A stretch of DNA of 64,000 bases from Utricularia gibba (taxonomy: Eukaryota; Plantae; Magnoliophyta). The translations under genes and the position numbers were made by a program. Below the pieces are notes generated by a model, which worked only from the letters and a program-made list of their open reading frames with translations, was not told the origin of the DNA and made no database searches. The stretch lies in assembly GCA_002189035.1 (NCBI GenBank), contig CM007989.1:2728001-2792000 (forward strand), read 5' to 3'. This document shows, in pieces, positions 1 through 12,275 of the stretch. Numbering within the stretch: position 1 is the stretch's first letter; each line of letters begins with the position of its first letter.

Positions 1-12
1 GTAGAAAATAAA

Positions 13-3000
13 TTGACTGAGAATCTGAGTCACACTCGGAGATTGTCCATGCCTTCACAGTATGTTGTAGATGGGAATTCAAGTCAGTATTTCAATGATT
101 CCAAAGCTAATGTAAATGAATCAAGCCACTTTTTAGGTGAACAGCTCATGAATCAGAGTTCAGTCAACTTTAAACAACCACTTTTTCAGGGCGTTCAGGC
201 CCCATATGTTCCTGCCGCTGGAAGGTCATCTGATGGACGACCATCTCATGCCCTGGTTGCATTTGGTTTTGGTGGAAAGCTTATTATAATGAAACCTAAT
301 TCCCCTAGTGAAAACATAAACTTTGTTCGTCAGGTCTGTGCTATTTCTCGTCCTTGTGCATTCTTATCAGCTTCTTCTAAAGATTTCTTTCTCAAAATGC
401 TTTGATTTTCATGAAGAATGATTTGGGAGGCCAGTTATCTATCATGAACTTGGCGGAGATTGCAAATGCCAATCGTGATGCTTCAATCCATGGAAGGGGA
501 GAAAATGATCTTTTCCAGGCTCTCTGTCACCATCCCATTCCTGGCCCACTTACCAGCGGATTTGGTGGCATGAAAGAGTTAAACAAATGGATTGATGAGA
601 GTATTGCAAAACTGGAACCTTTCAATGTGAACAGAGTGTTGCAGTTGCTGTTGTCCTTGCTTAAAATAGCTTGCCAACACTATGGGAAACTCCGTTCTCC
701 ATACGGTACAGACATTTTGAAGGTAAATGAATCTTCTTGTTGATGAATGAAAAAGAGATTTCTTTGGGAAAACTTGAGGATTTTTTGTGCATAGAACAAC
801 AATGCTTCTGTTGGCAAACGTTGCCCATTATTAGTTAATTATTTTGTTTTTTTCACTTCATAAAGCCTGCTCTTTTATCAGGAAAATGATTCCCCAGAGT
901 CTGCAGTTGCCAGATTGTTTGCATCTGCGAAGGGGAATGATCCTTATCTTAGTCAGTATGCAACCACATCATGGTGCTTGCAGCAAATGCCATCTGATGG
1001 AGAAATACAGGTATCCTGGGCTCTATGGATTTATGTAGTTTTAATTTCATGAGTATTGTGTATTTCTAAGATTTTTAACTTTAATTCGTAGTCCACTGCT
1101 GCTGAGGTTCAAAAACTACTGGTGTCTGGAAGAAAGAGGGAAGCATTGCAATGTGCACAAGAGGGTCAATTGTGGGGTCCAGCCATTGTTCTTGCTGCAC
1201 AACTTGGTGATCAAGTATGTCGCACTGGGCCTCTTTATGATTAATGCTAGATACTTGATTGCTGGTTATTAAGTACTTAAACTATCCGTGCAGTTCTATG
1301 CTGAAACTGTTAAGCAAATGGCACTTCGCCAGTTGGTATCAGGCTCGCCTTTGCGCACATTATGTCTTCTAATTGCTGGCTGCCCAGCTGATGTTTTTTC
1401 AGCTGGAAGCTCAAGTAAAGGCACCCTTTCTGGTGCTATGAATATGCCCCAGGAGACCACACAGGCATGGAGTAAATATTGCATCTTAATATGTGCTCTT
1501 TGTGATTTTGGTGAATAATTGAGAATATGTTCAATACGAGTTTTCTGGATTATTTGGAGTTATTTATTTTTATTTCCTCTTTTTAAATTTTAAACGTCAC
1601 GTTCTTCAGGAGGGTTGAAGTTTTGTTTGTTTTCTTCATTAATTTTTCATATTTGAAATTGGCAGTGTGGTATCAATGGCATGCTGGATGACTGGGAAGA
1701 AAATTTGGCGGTGATAACTGCAAACCGAACAAAGGGTGATGAACTTGTGCTTGTTCACCTGGGAGATTGTTTATGGAAGGAAAAAAATGATGTATGTTCT
1801 TTCTTTTTGTTTTCTTGGAAGTACAATCACGAAGGTTTGGAATTGCATTTTTAATCTCATATGCTACAGATAATTGCTGCACACATATGCTATTTGGTAG
1901 CAGAAGCCGTCTTTGAGCCATATTCAGACAGTGCTAGGTTGTGTCTTCTCGGAGCAGATCACTGGAAGTCACCCCGAACATATGCAAGTGCAGAAGCAAT
2001 TCAGGTAACTTATATTACCCTATGTTCAATGTAACCCAGTAAACGTAGCTGAATGATTTAGGATAAAGCAAAAATATTGAACGTAAGATTTTTTCCATTT
2101 CCCTTTCTTTCTTTCCTAGCACTTATGTGTGTCAGGATTGCTTTGTTATCTGATTTTTGTACTGGTGATTCTTCACTAATATGTATTGGGGTGCCAGAGT
2201 TTGGCGTTGGCTGATTATACAAAACCATATATGACAATAGAAACTTAAGCTGATTATACAAAACGTAGCTGAATGGTTTGGTTGCTTGCTTGAAGCAGTG
2301 TATTTGATCTTTATGTTTAATGCTAAATGCACTCGAATTATGATATCCTTTTATTGTCAGATCACTAGTATATATTAGGCTACCTCCAGAGGCATAGTTC
2401 TTCACTCGTTTTGTTTCTGCTGCTGAACTGTTAGCTTGTGCTTATTTCCACCTGCAGAGAACCGAGATATACGAGTATTCAAAAACTCTTGGGAACTCCC
2501 AGTTTGTGCTGCTTCCGTTTCAACCATACAAGTTTGTGTATGCAATGATGTTGATCGAAGTTGGCAAAATATCAGAGGCGTTAAAGTACCAACTCTTCCT
2601 TAGTCTTGTTAAGTAGTTTTTCCTTCGTTTCTCAATAATGTAATCAAAACAGGTACTGCCAAGCTGTTTTAAAATCACTTAAAACAGGCCGTAATCCAGA
2701 GGTGGAAAATTTGAGACATTTAGTTTCGTCTCTTGAAGATAGGATCAAAGGTCATCAGCAGGTATTTGTCTTATCATGCTGTTCCTTTTTTTGCCATTGG
2801 GTTACTATCAACGAATTATTCCTGTGATGCAGGGAGGGTTCTCCACCAACCCTAAAGAATTTATCGGCAAGCTATTGAACCTTTTTGATAGCACAGCACA
2901 ACGTGTTGTTGGGGGCATGCCACCTGTTCCACCAACCGCCGGTTTCCCACATGGTAATGATAATAATTACCAATCAATGGGAACTAGAGTATCAGCTAGT

Positions 3001-4731
3001 CAATCGACAATGGCATTGGTGCCGTCACAGTCGATGGAGCCTATTAGTGACTGGGCAGGTGATGATAACCGAAAGTCAAAGCATATGAGAAGTGTTTCTG
3101 AACCTGACTTTGGGAGAAGTCCAATGAAGGTATGTAAGAAGTCAGGGATAAGCTACCTGAGCATTCAGTTAGAAACTGCTTTATCGTAATTATGTTACAA
3201 TATATGGGATGCTTTTGACACCAATACAGGGTCAGGCGGATCCGCCTGTGGAAGCAAGCTCTTCTGCTGCACCTGCCAAACCATCTGCATCTGGAAGTAC
3301 ATCTCGCTTTTCTAGGTTCAATTTTGGATCTCAGCTAATCCAGAAGACTGTTGGTTTAATGCTCAATCGTCAAGGCCGCCAGGTAATTTTAAGTAAAAGC
3401 TTAGGTGATCATGTTTATTTTCAATTGTTTACAGCTGATGGAAGACCTTTTTATTGGAAAATAATAAATCATGAAAACTCTTACTCTAGACAAACCAACA
3501 TAAGATCGGCATTCTTTGTCACATGCCAAACAAAAATTTGTGCAATGAATGCAATGAATTGAATCAATCAACTCAGTTTCTAATCTCCAACTAAAAACGA
3601 TCAGTAAAACTGTTTTAATGGTTAGTCAACATTTTATGACTGTAGTTAAGCTTCTTTTTACAAGTTTTGCCCTCTGTTAAGATGCTCTTCTATTTTATAG
3701 GCAAAATTAGGGGAAACTAACAAGTTCTATTACGATGAGAAACTCAAGAGATGGGTGGAAGAAGGTGCTGAACCTCCCGCTGAAGAAACTCTCCTACCTC
3801 CACCACCCACAACTACAGCAGCATCTTTCCAGAATGGGAATTCGGACTTCAACTTGCAGAGTTCGTTCCCCGCCGACGCATCTTCTCAATATAAGGGTAG
3901 TCCAGAAATCAAGTCCCCAAATATGTTAGATAACAATAATTCAGGAATGCCGCCACTTCCTCCGACAACAAACCACTTGGCATCTCGTGGTCGTATGGGC
4001 GTCCGACAAAGGTAAGTTCTTTAACACACTTCATTGAACCCACCTACAATCTTGATACTCTGGAATTTGTGCCACTGTTGTTGGCGCAAGTCATTTGGAA
4101 TTTGTGCATCAACGTAGATAGATGGTACTGAGTATTAAACAACATGAAGTAGAAATCATGAGCTTCAGTGGTACTGTTTGTTATCTGTATTCTGTCACCT
4201 CTAAGCATCTAACTGTTATGTTATCTGTATCATGCTTGCAGGTACGTGGACACCTTTAACCAAGGTGTTGGGAACGCCAGTTCGTTCCGGTCACCTGCTG
4301 CTCCCATCAAACCAGCAGCTGTTGGAGGCAACACCAAATTTTTCGTGCCAGCTTCGATTTCCACCACCGAAGAGCCATCCCAGGAAGTTGCATATAGCAA
4401 TCAAAATGACTCATCTACTCCCCCACTCAAGAGCGATTCATTGGAACCTACTCCATCTCCTGCTACAGTGCAAAGAATAGGAAGTATGAACAGCATCCCA
4501 AACAAGACGATAAGTGGCAACAGCTCCATCTCTGTGCAGTCCCGGCGCTCCGCTTCGTGGAGTGGAAGCTTAAACGGGTCCTTCAGCCCCCCACCCAAGG
4601 CTGAAGTAAGGCACTTGGGAGAGGTTTCGGAGCAGCCCTACTACCACCACCAACAACAACAACCTTCAGCTTTCATGGCAGGTGAGTCGTCCGGTGGGTT
4701 CGGCGACGAGCTACATGAAGTGGAACTTTGA
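13..4731 (+). CDS. SEC16: Protein transport protein SEC16-like (COPII/ER exit site), multi-exon, 5' part lies outside the window
   Basis: Exons join in frame and give plant SEC16 motifs: SHALVAFGFGGKLI, GQLWGPAIVLAAQLG, DDWEENLAVITANRT, FQPYKFVYA, KFYYDEKLKRWVEEG and C-terminal ELHEVEL*. Confidence 0.93.
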
Positions 4732-4852
4732 AGGTTCGGTGGAGACTAGCGGACATGTAAATATCCACAACCACAGCCACAGCCATTATCAGTGCATGCC
4801 TTGAACCTGTTATGGAGAAAGGAATTCCAGAAGATTTTGCGTTTGTACCCCC

Positions 4853-4878
4853 CACGCCACGCCACGCCACGCCACGCC
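4853..4878. repeat. (CCACG)n pentanucleotide microsatellite downstream of the SEC16 stop
   Basis: About five tandem CCACG units read directly. Confidence 0.8.
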
Positions 4879-5271
4879 CTCGTCTACCTTTTCTTTTTAA
4901 GTTCCATGTTAAATTAAATGTTACTTAAAATAAACATTTATATTTGATTTTTAGGGGTTTAATTCCCAAATCCCAATTGGGGCATTGTGTTTTCATTCAT
5001 TTTATGTCAAGTGTAAGGTTGATGGGACCCGGTGTAGTTTTTAAATTCCTAATTGGGCTTTTAAGTAGAATTTTGAACGCAAGCTGAGGCCCGTGGGCAC
5101 CTCTAGCTAGAGCAGGCACAGAACAGCTTTTCTGGGCCACTCAGGAACGTGGACTGTTGCCCAAAAAGCCCAAACCTGATTGCCTCGTGAGTAGCCTTTC
5201 CTGGAGATGGAGCGGGTGAGAGACCTGGGAGAGAGAGAGAGACGGAAGTTGCAGAAAGGGCCGTGAAGAAG

Positions 5272-7229
5272 ATGCGTTTGACTCTCTTTGTCGGGATTCC
5301 GATTTTGTTAGTTCTAATATCTTTCATCTTCAAGTTACTCCCGAGCCACCACTCCCCATCTGCTGTAGGATTTTATTATTTGTTGTTGAACTACCTCATT
5401 CCTGTGACCTTCTGATTTATGTTTCTCTTTTTATCATACAGAAAATATTCACTGCAGAGGAGCTAGCACTTTACAACGGCTCCGATACCCAGTTGCCAAT
5501 TCTTCTTGGAGTTCTGGGGTATTGTTTTTATGGCATTTTTTTTTCGCCCAATGATATATGCAGCAAGGACACTTGTAAAATGTTTGTAGGCTGCGTCTAT
5601 TCCTGTAATCATATATTAAGCCATTGCCTTTTTCGCATTCTTTCGCACAGGTCAGTGTTTGATGTGACCAAAGGCAAAAGTCACTATGGCCCTGGAGGTG
5701 GGTATCACCATTTTGCTGGAAGGTTAGTGAAACTTGTAATATTGTATATGCATATTGTTAGGTGCTAGGGATTGCTCTCTACTTCTCAACTGCTTGCTGT
5801 TTTGAGCGAGTGAATCATACGTCTTTTGCGGCCTTCATTCTTTTGTTAAAAAGTAGTGAATAGTTGAATACATTCCAAGAATCATCTGAGGCAAATGAGC
5901 TAGCCTTATACTTTGTACATCTAAATACAATCGGTTTGCAATACGAAATAACAAGAAAATGATGCTACTAATTAGCTCTGATAGATGCTGCGAACGTCAA
6001 AATTGTGACTTCACATTTGGATTTTGGTTATTGTTTGCTTAGGGATGCATCTCGCGCATTTGTCTCTGGAAACTTCTCAGGCATGTACCCAACTCCTCAA
6101 CTCGTTATTTCCGTTTTTTTTTTGGTCATACACTTTGCATGTGTTGTTTCTTATTTTTTTTCCCACTAGTGCACTTAAATGAATTGAATGCCAGAGAGTA
6201 ATATCAGTTAATTGCATTACCAATCAGAATCCATTGCATGTTGCTAATATTCATCTTATATTTGTTGCTTAAGGTTGGCCCTAAGCATATTATATTAGAA
6301 AAAACTTTTTTATTATCTGCAGTTGCACTATAAAACTCATTTGATTGTATCCAGGGGAGGGACTCACTGATAATTTGAATGGCTTGTCCAGCTCTGAGGT
6401 AATTTGGTCTTATTCTTTATATTCATTCTTGGCTTGGCGCACGTTGAACACTTATCCTAGCTGCGGACACTTTTGTAGTTTATTTTATTTCTGGAACTCA
6501 TTTCATTTGCAACAGGTGAAGAGCGTCGTTGACTGGCGAGATTTCTATATCAGGACATATAAGTATGTTGCTCATTCACATTACATTTTTGTGATATGAA
6601 CTAGTTTCATGTTTCAACACAGACAAGTACAATCTACATCTGTCATTGAGAAAGCCCTTCTGTCCTGGCTTAGAATAGTGCCCAAATGCCCAACCCTTTC
6701 ACGTTTTGCCACTAGGCGTCAGCTCCCATTCAGACATGTTGACATCTCAAGTGCTCTGGACTGTATATTACAGGTACGTGGGTAAGCTAGTTGGCCGGTA
6801 TTATGACAGCCAGGGAAATCCAACAAAATACTTGAAAGGGGCAGAATCAAAAGGCGCAAGAGGAGCTCAGTTGCTAGAGAAACAGAAGGAAGAGGAGGCG
6901 AAGATAGTAAACTGCAACTCCAAGTGGAGTCAGGATGAAGGCTCTGAGGTACACACGACATTACACCCTTCCGTTGTTTCTGAATTCGTTATGTGAATAG
7001 GCATTTCATCTGAATGGCATGTCGTTCTGATGTAAATGGGAGGATGTTTTCCGTTCTAGGTGTGGTGTGATGAAGGGTATCCGAGATTAGTTCAGAAGCC
7101 CCACGACATTGCTTTGACGGAAAGATGAGCAAGCGTTGCATTTGCATCAAGGAAGATCAACTCAGTACGCAGTCCGGCTTGGAAATCTACCCTGGATGTG
7201 ATTTCTATTCAACCAGATGCCGCTTGTAG
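5272..7229 (+). CDS. MAPR4: Membrane-associated progesterone-binding protein 4 / neuferricin-like (cytochrome b5 heme/steroid-binding domain); 1-bp frameshift in the last exon
   Basis: Spliced translation gives an N-terminal TM, then [69 protein letters not shown] and CNSKWSQDEG. The C-terminal MSKRCICIKEDQL...CRL* sits in a shifted frame after 7120. Confidence 0.9.
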
Positions 7230-8288
7230 AAGACCCTCTGAGTCAAGGGTATGTTCTATAAAAAAACCTTTTCAGTGAGTATTGCAGCTGAAGTGCACAC
7301 TCGCAGCAGAAAAATGATTACCAGAATCGATGGAACAATGTGTGTCTATACCAAATACTGGTTGTTTTTTCCTTCGCAGCCAAACCCATGACTGTTTTAA
7401 CTCCAGGCACAGATGAATTCTGCATGCAACCATGAAGCCGTCTACCCATCCTCTGCTCTATACATAACTATTTCACTCAAGAACCAGAAAACAAAACTTT
7501 TGATTCTTATTCTCATATTCGTGCTCCTTGATGGCATTCTTCGTTTTCTCCGACCAGGTCATCGTCGCAAAAGCTTCATCACCCAGAACTGTTGCTTCCC
7601 CTCTGGGACTGAAATTTCTCAGACCCATTGCAAGGTTGCCATCGTTTACAGCAGCGATGTCGGGCGGGCGTCATGACGGATCGATGAATACTGAATACCA
7701 GGGCAGGCCCAATCCAAACCTCGTACGGCCCGTTGGGCCCATTTTGGAAATAAGAAGAAAGAGAGCACACGGGTTGCATTGCATTAATAGTCCATCAATT
7801 CCTTGATTAGGACTAATTAAGACAAGGCTATGCAACCTGTCGCTTTCACATGGGTAGACGTCAACATCCATGGCCCCACTTTAGAATTCTACACGACGTC
7901 ATCTCCATATTTTTGTAATGAAATAAATATTTGGTGCGATAAAATTGCCAAACTGGATGGATATCTACCCGTTGACCTCGTCCACCTCAGGTTTCATCGA
8001 TCGGGCATACCACCAGAAGTTCATTATTATTACTGCCCGGATCACTTAACTCTTTTTTTTTTGTTTATTAATAAAAAAATTGTGAATATTATTATTTATG
8101 GCATCATATCATCATCACCATCTAAAGTCTTGTCTTATACATTTGTTTTTATGTGTATTGATTGATAATTGAGATGTGTCACTTAATACATTTATGATTT
8201 TTAACCCCTACTCATCAGTTTATTAAATCTAACAAATCTACCAATTACATATTTATAAAATTTATATAAAAAACAGATTTTCAAACTA

Positions 8289-8316
8289 TAACTATAATAT
8301 ATATATATATATATAT
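8289..8316. repeat. (TA)n microsatellite; a second one lies at about 8688-8713
   Basis: Direct TA dinucleotide runs. Confidence 0.85.
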
Positions 8317-9627
8317 TATTTAAACAAACAAAAAAATCACTGACAAAGTGGACTACTTGATTGGTAATACTAGAGACTTAGATTTGTCCCCTCCTCCAAT
8401 GCCTTGGATTGAGTGTCCCACAAGTTGTGTTGTGGATAAGGATGGATATGTAAAGTGGCTATGGGGGTTTATCCAAAACTCAAAATTTTACATATATGAT
8501 ATCCAATTTTTTCACACATTTAAAAAACAGTGATTAATTTTGTAATACATCACAAATATATATATCGTTGTGATCCGCATGACCCAGGACACATCGTTTC
8601 GACGCTCTTTCTGAGCCCAACGCACGGGGGCTTGCTTGATGGGGTACAAAACGATGCTGCGTCACTTAAAACGCAGGCGCACGGGGTATATATATATATA
8701 TATATATATATATTCATGTTTGGTTTCTCCGAGTACCGTACCGCGACCCCTTCCTCCGAGAGCAGCAGCAGCAGCAGCCAGCAGGCATGAATAATCCAGC
8801 CATGTCCATTCTATTGGTAATGGAGCCCTGTCGGGTCGGGTCGGGTCTCCATCAGGAGAGCAGAGCAGAGCAGAGCAGTCACGAGATGAGGACTACGCCC
8901 AACGCTTCTCCCGTCCACCAACCACTACTACTACGCCCAATTCCAAATGCATGTAAAAGATTATTTTATATTAAATAATATATATATGATACATTATATA
9001 TTCTATTACTTTTCTTTTTTAATATTTCATGTAGATTGAACACACAAATTGATGCATGAAATAGATTTAATTAATCTTACGATATTAACTTATGATGTGT
9101 ATACATATTTTTTAATTCTATAATTAAATATCCTTTATGAAATATTATCAACTTTCATAACCCATTTTTCATCCGCTATTTTCTCTATCATGAAAAATTT
9201 ACACATAGTAGGATCATTTTTTTCACACACACAGAATGTCCATTTTTGTAATCTTTCTCTAGTGTGGTTCCATAAAATGGGGCTGGGCATTATTGAATCA
9301 CACAATAAGTAGAGAAAAAGGCAGGCAGGCTTTTAGTCTTGAGTCTTGAGAGACACCAACTGGCACGCCACGGCTCGGCCACGCGGTTTCGTTTCTTCAA
9401 AAGCAACCGCCAAATGATGAAGCGAACGGTCTGCCCTCCGCTGCGCGTGCACTGCATCGCGTCGCCTTCTCTTTTCTTTCTTTTATTAATTAATTAATTT
9501 ATTTATTTAATAGGATGGAAGGAAGGGAAGGGAAGGGAAATTCAAATTAATTGGGCGACCCGACTGCCAACGGACGGTGCGCTACGTGGGTCTTGCGGTG
9601 AGGCGGCCGTCGCTCCCAATGTCATAC

Positions 9628-9635
9628 TATAAATA
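9628..9635 (+). promoter_or_regulatory. TATA box of the aspartyl protease gene
   Basis: TATAAATA about 40 nt upstream of the ATG at 9675. Confidence 0.6.
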
Positions 9636-9674
9636 GATGGGAGGAGTCTCCAGGACGCCATACGCCAACTATCT

Positions 9675-11146
9675 ATGGCTTACCGTCTTCTCCTTCTCCT
9701 CCTGCTTTCCTTGGAGCTTCTCCGGCCGGTTCCTTCCCGGGCCGCCGTCCTCCTCCCTCTCTCCCACTCTGTCTCCGCCGTGCAGTTCAACGCCACCCAC
9801 CACCTACTCAAGTCGACCACCGCACGCTCTGCCGCCCGCTTCCACCGCCACACTCGCCGCGTCTCCCTCCCGCTATCCCCTGGAAGCGACTACACGCTCT
9901 CCTTCTCCCTCGGATCGCAGACCGTTTCTCTTTACATGGACACGGGAAGCGACGTTGTTTGGATACCCTGTCACCCGTTCCGATGCGTCCTCTGCGAGGG
10001 CAAATACTCCCTGCTGCGGTCTCCCACCCCGGCCCTCTGAACCTCACTCAGGGGCACATCGCTCGTACGCCCTGTAAATCCGCTGCCTGTTCGGCTGTTC
10101 ATTCCGCTACCCCTTCTTCCGACCTCTGCGCCATCGCTAAATGCCCCATCGAGGCCATTGAAATGGGGGAATGTGACAAGTTCTCCTGCCCGCCTTTCTA
10201 CTACGCCTACGGCGATGGAAGCTTTGTCGCAAAGCTGTATCAGGATACTCTCGACATTCCCATGTCAGCGCCGGGACTCAAGCTGCATAATTTCACCTTC
10301 GGGTGTGCGCATAGCGCGCTCGGAGAGCCTATTGGAGTGGCAGGATTCGGTCGCGGCGTACTCTCGTTGCCGGCGCAGGTCGCCGAGTTGTCGCCGGATA
10401 TCGGGAATTACTTCTCGTATTGCTTGATTTCTCACTCGTTTGACGAAACTCGAGTACGCCAGCCGAGTCCCCTGATTCTTGGCCGGCATCAGAGAAATAA
10501 AACGGATGAATTTAGCGTCAACGAGGAGGAGGAAGAGGTCGTGCTTTACACGTACACGCCGTTGCTCGAAAATCCGAAGCACTCGTACTTTTACTGCGTC
10601 GGTCTAGAAGCAATGTCGGTGGGGAATCGGAGAATCCGCGCTCCGTTGAGTTTACAGAGGGTTGATCGGAGAGGGAACGGAGGGATGGTGGTGGATTCAG
10701 GGACGACCTTCACAATGCTCCCGACGAAATTTTACCAATCAGTCCTCAGAGAATTCGACCGCCAAATCGGCGCCGATTACCCCCGCGCAGCCGCCGTGGA
10801 GGACCGGACTGGCCTCCGACCATGTTACTACGCCCAAGGAGACGAGCAAGGGAAACCCTGGCGCAGATTACCAAAATTGGCGCTACATTTCGGAGGAAAT
10901 TCAACAGTGGCGATGCCACGGAGAAACTACTTCCACGATTTCACGGACACCGACCTCCACCGGCGAGTGGGATGCGTGATGCTGATGGATGGCGGCGCGG
11001 CAGCGGCGGGGGAGGACGAAGGGGGCCCGGCGGGCCTGTTTGGAAACTACCAGCAGCAAGGATTCGAGGTAGTTTATGACTTGGAACAGAAGCGCGTGGG
11101 CTTCGCGCGACGCAAGTGCGCGTCGCTGTGGAAGACCCTCGGCTAG
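9675..11146 (+). CDS. Intronless secreted aspartyl protease (nepenthesin/A1B type, At4g16563-like); 1-bp frameshift at 10009-10011
   Basis: Signal peptide; catalytic DTGS (YMDTGSDVVW) in ORF 9675-10040 and DSGT (VVDSGTTFT) in the overlapping ORF 9959-11146; CPPFYYAYGDGS, FTFGCAH, GVAGFGRG and GNYQQQGFEVVYDLE. Adding one C to the C3 run fuses the two ORFs. Confidence 0.92.
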
Positions 11147-12275
11147 GGAATGACGTGGAAAGTGATCCTGGATCGGGTCGGGTCCCCTTTTTGCCCAAAA
11201 AAATTAACTACAACTTTTAAATGCTCATATTAGAGGGGGCACGACCGAAGCTGTAAATCTTCTGTACGGATATCCTCCCTCTTTTTTTTTTTTTTACTCT
11301 GTAATTCCATAATTCTGTTTTAATTTACTTCATCAAATTCAATTCAAAAGTCACAACGTCTAAAACCCATTAAAATACTAAATATTTTTTTCAAAAATAT
11401 TTATTCCATGAGGTCCAGAGGCGTCCTAGTCTCGACTCTATCATCAGCCCATTAAAGGATCCTTGCCTCAATCCAGCTGTCCATTGACGACGTACTGTGC
11501 TGTGCGTGCTTCAGCTGGCATCAGTCAGCTTTTTATTTATTTGTTTATTTATTTACTAAAAAAACAACGATCCTATGTATTATTATTATTATTATTACCT
11601 ATGCCACGGGGGGTCATATGATTGCACGATGTAATACCCAAACCCGAAGCCATTCATTGTCGCATTATGTCTATTCTATTATTGCCACAAGTAGCAAATA
11701 TATTACAAAAATAGTAATATGGTAACGGCGACGGGGCATGCACGCGCAAACGGACACGTGTTGGATTTGAAACCCCCCGGACTCGGAAAAACGTGCGATG
11801 CCAGCTGTTTCCCATCCACACGTGTGCCGTCCCCTCCACGTCTAGCCTCGCCACCATACTCCACTGGACCGGACCGGACCCGACCGGACACACTCTCACT
11901 TTATTAAAAAATTACATGAAAAAACTGTCAGTTCTTACAAAAATTAACCAAAAAAATAATAAACCCATTTATTTTTTGGGAAATTAAATTAATGCATTTT
12001 TCCCTGGGGGTAATGATGAATTTATGGAGTGGGTGGGAATGGATAAATCCTTCCTTCCACAGCTAGAGAGAGATTCTCAGTAGCTGGCGCATTGGACCAC
12101 AGGTGGTAGAAACACTGCACGGAGGGTTAAATTTTTTAATTACCCAGGAAGATATTTTCATTTAAAAAAACAAAAATTATTTATGAACAAAAAAAAACTC
12201 CAAATAATTATCTATTACAAGGTGGGCATGCAATGCAGGGAAAGAATGAAAGAATGAGGGAGGTGACAGAAGGAA

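Noticed and set aside
9675-11146. Aspartyl protease as a carnivory or digestive enzyme
   Set aside because: This subfamily occurs in non-carnivorous plants too; nothing in the sequence supports a trap role.
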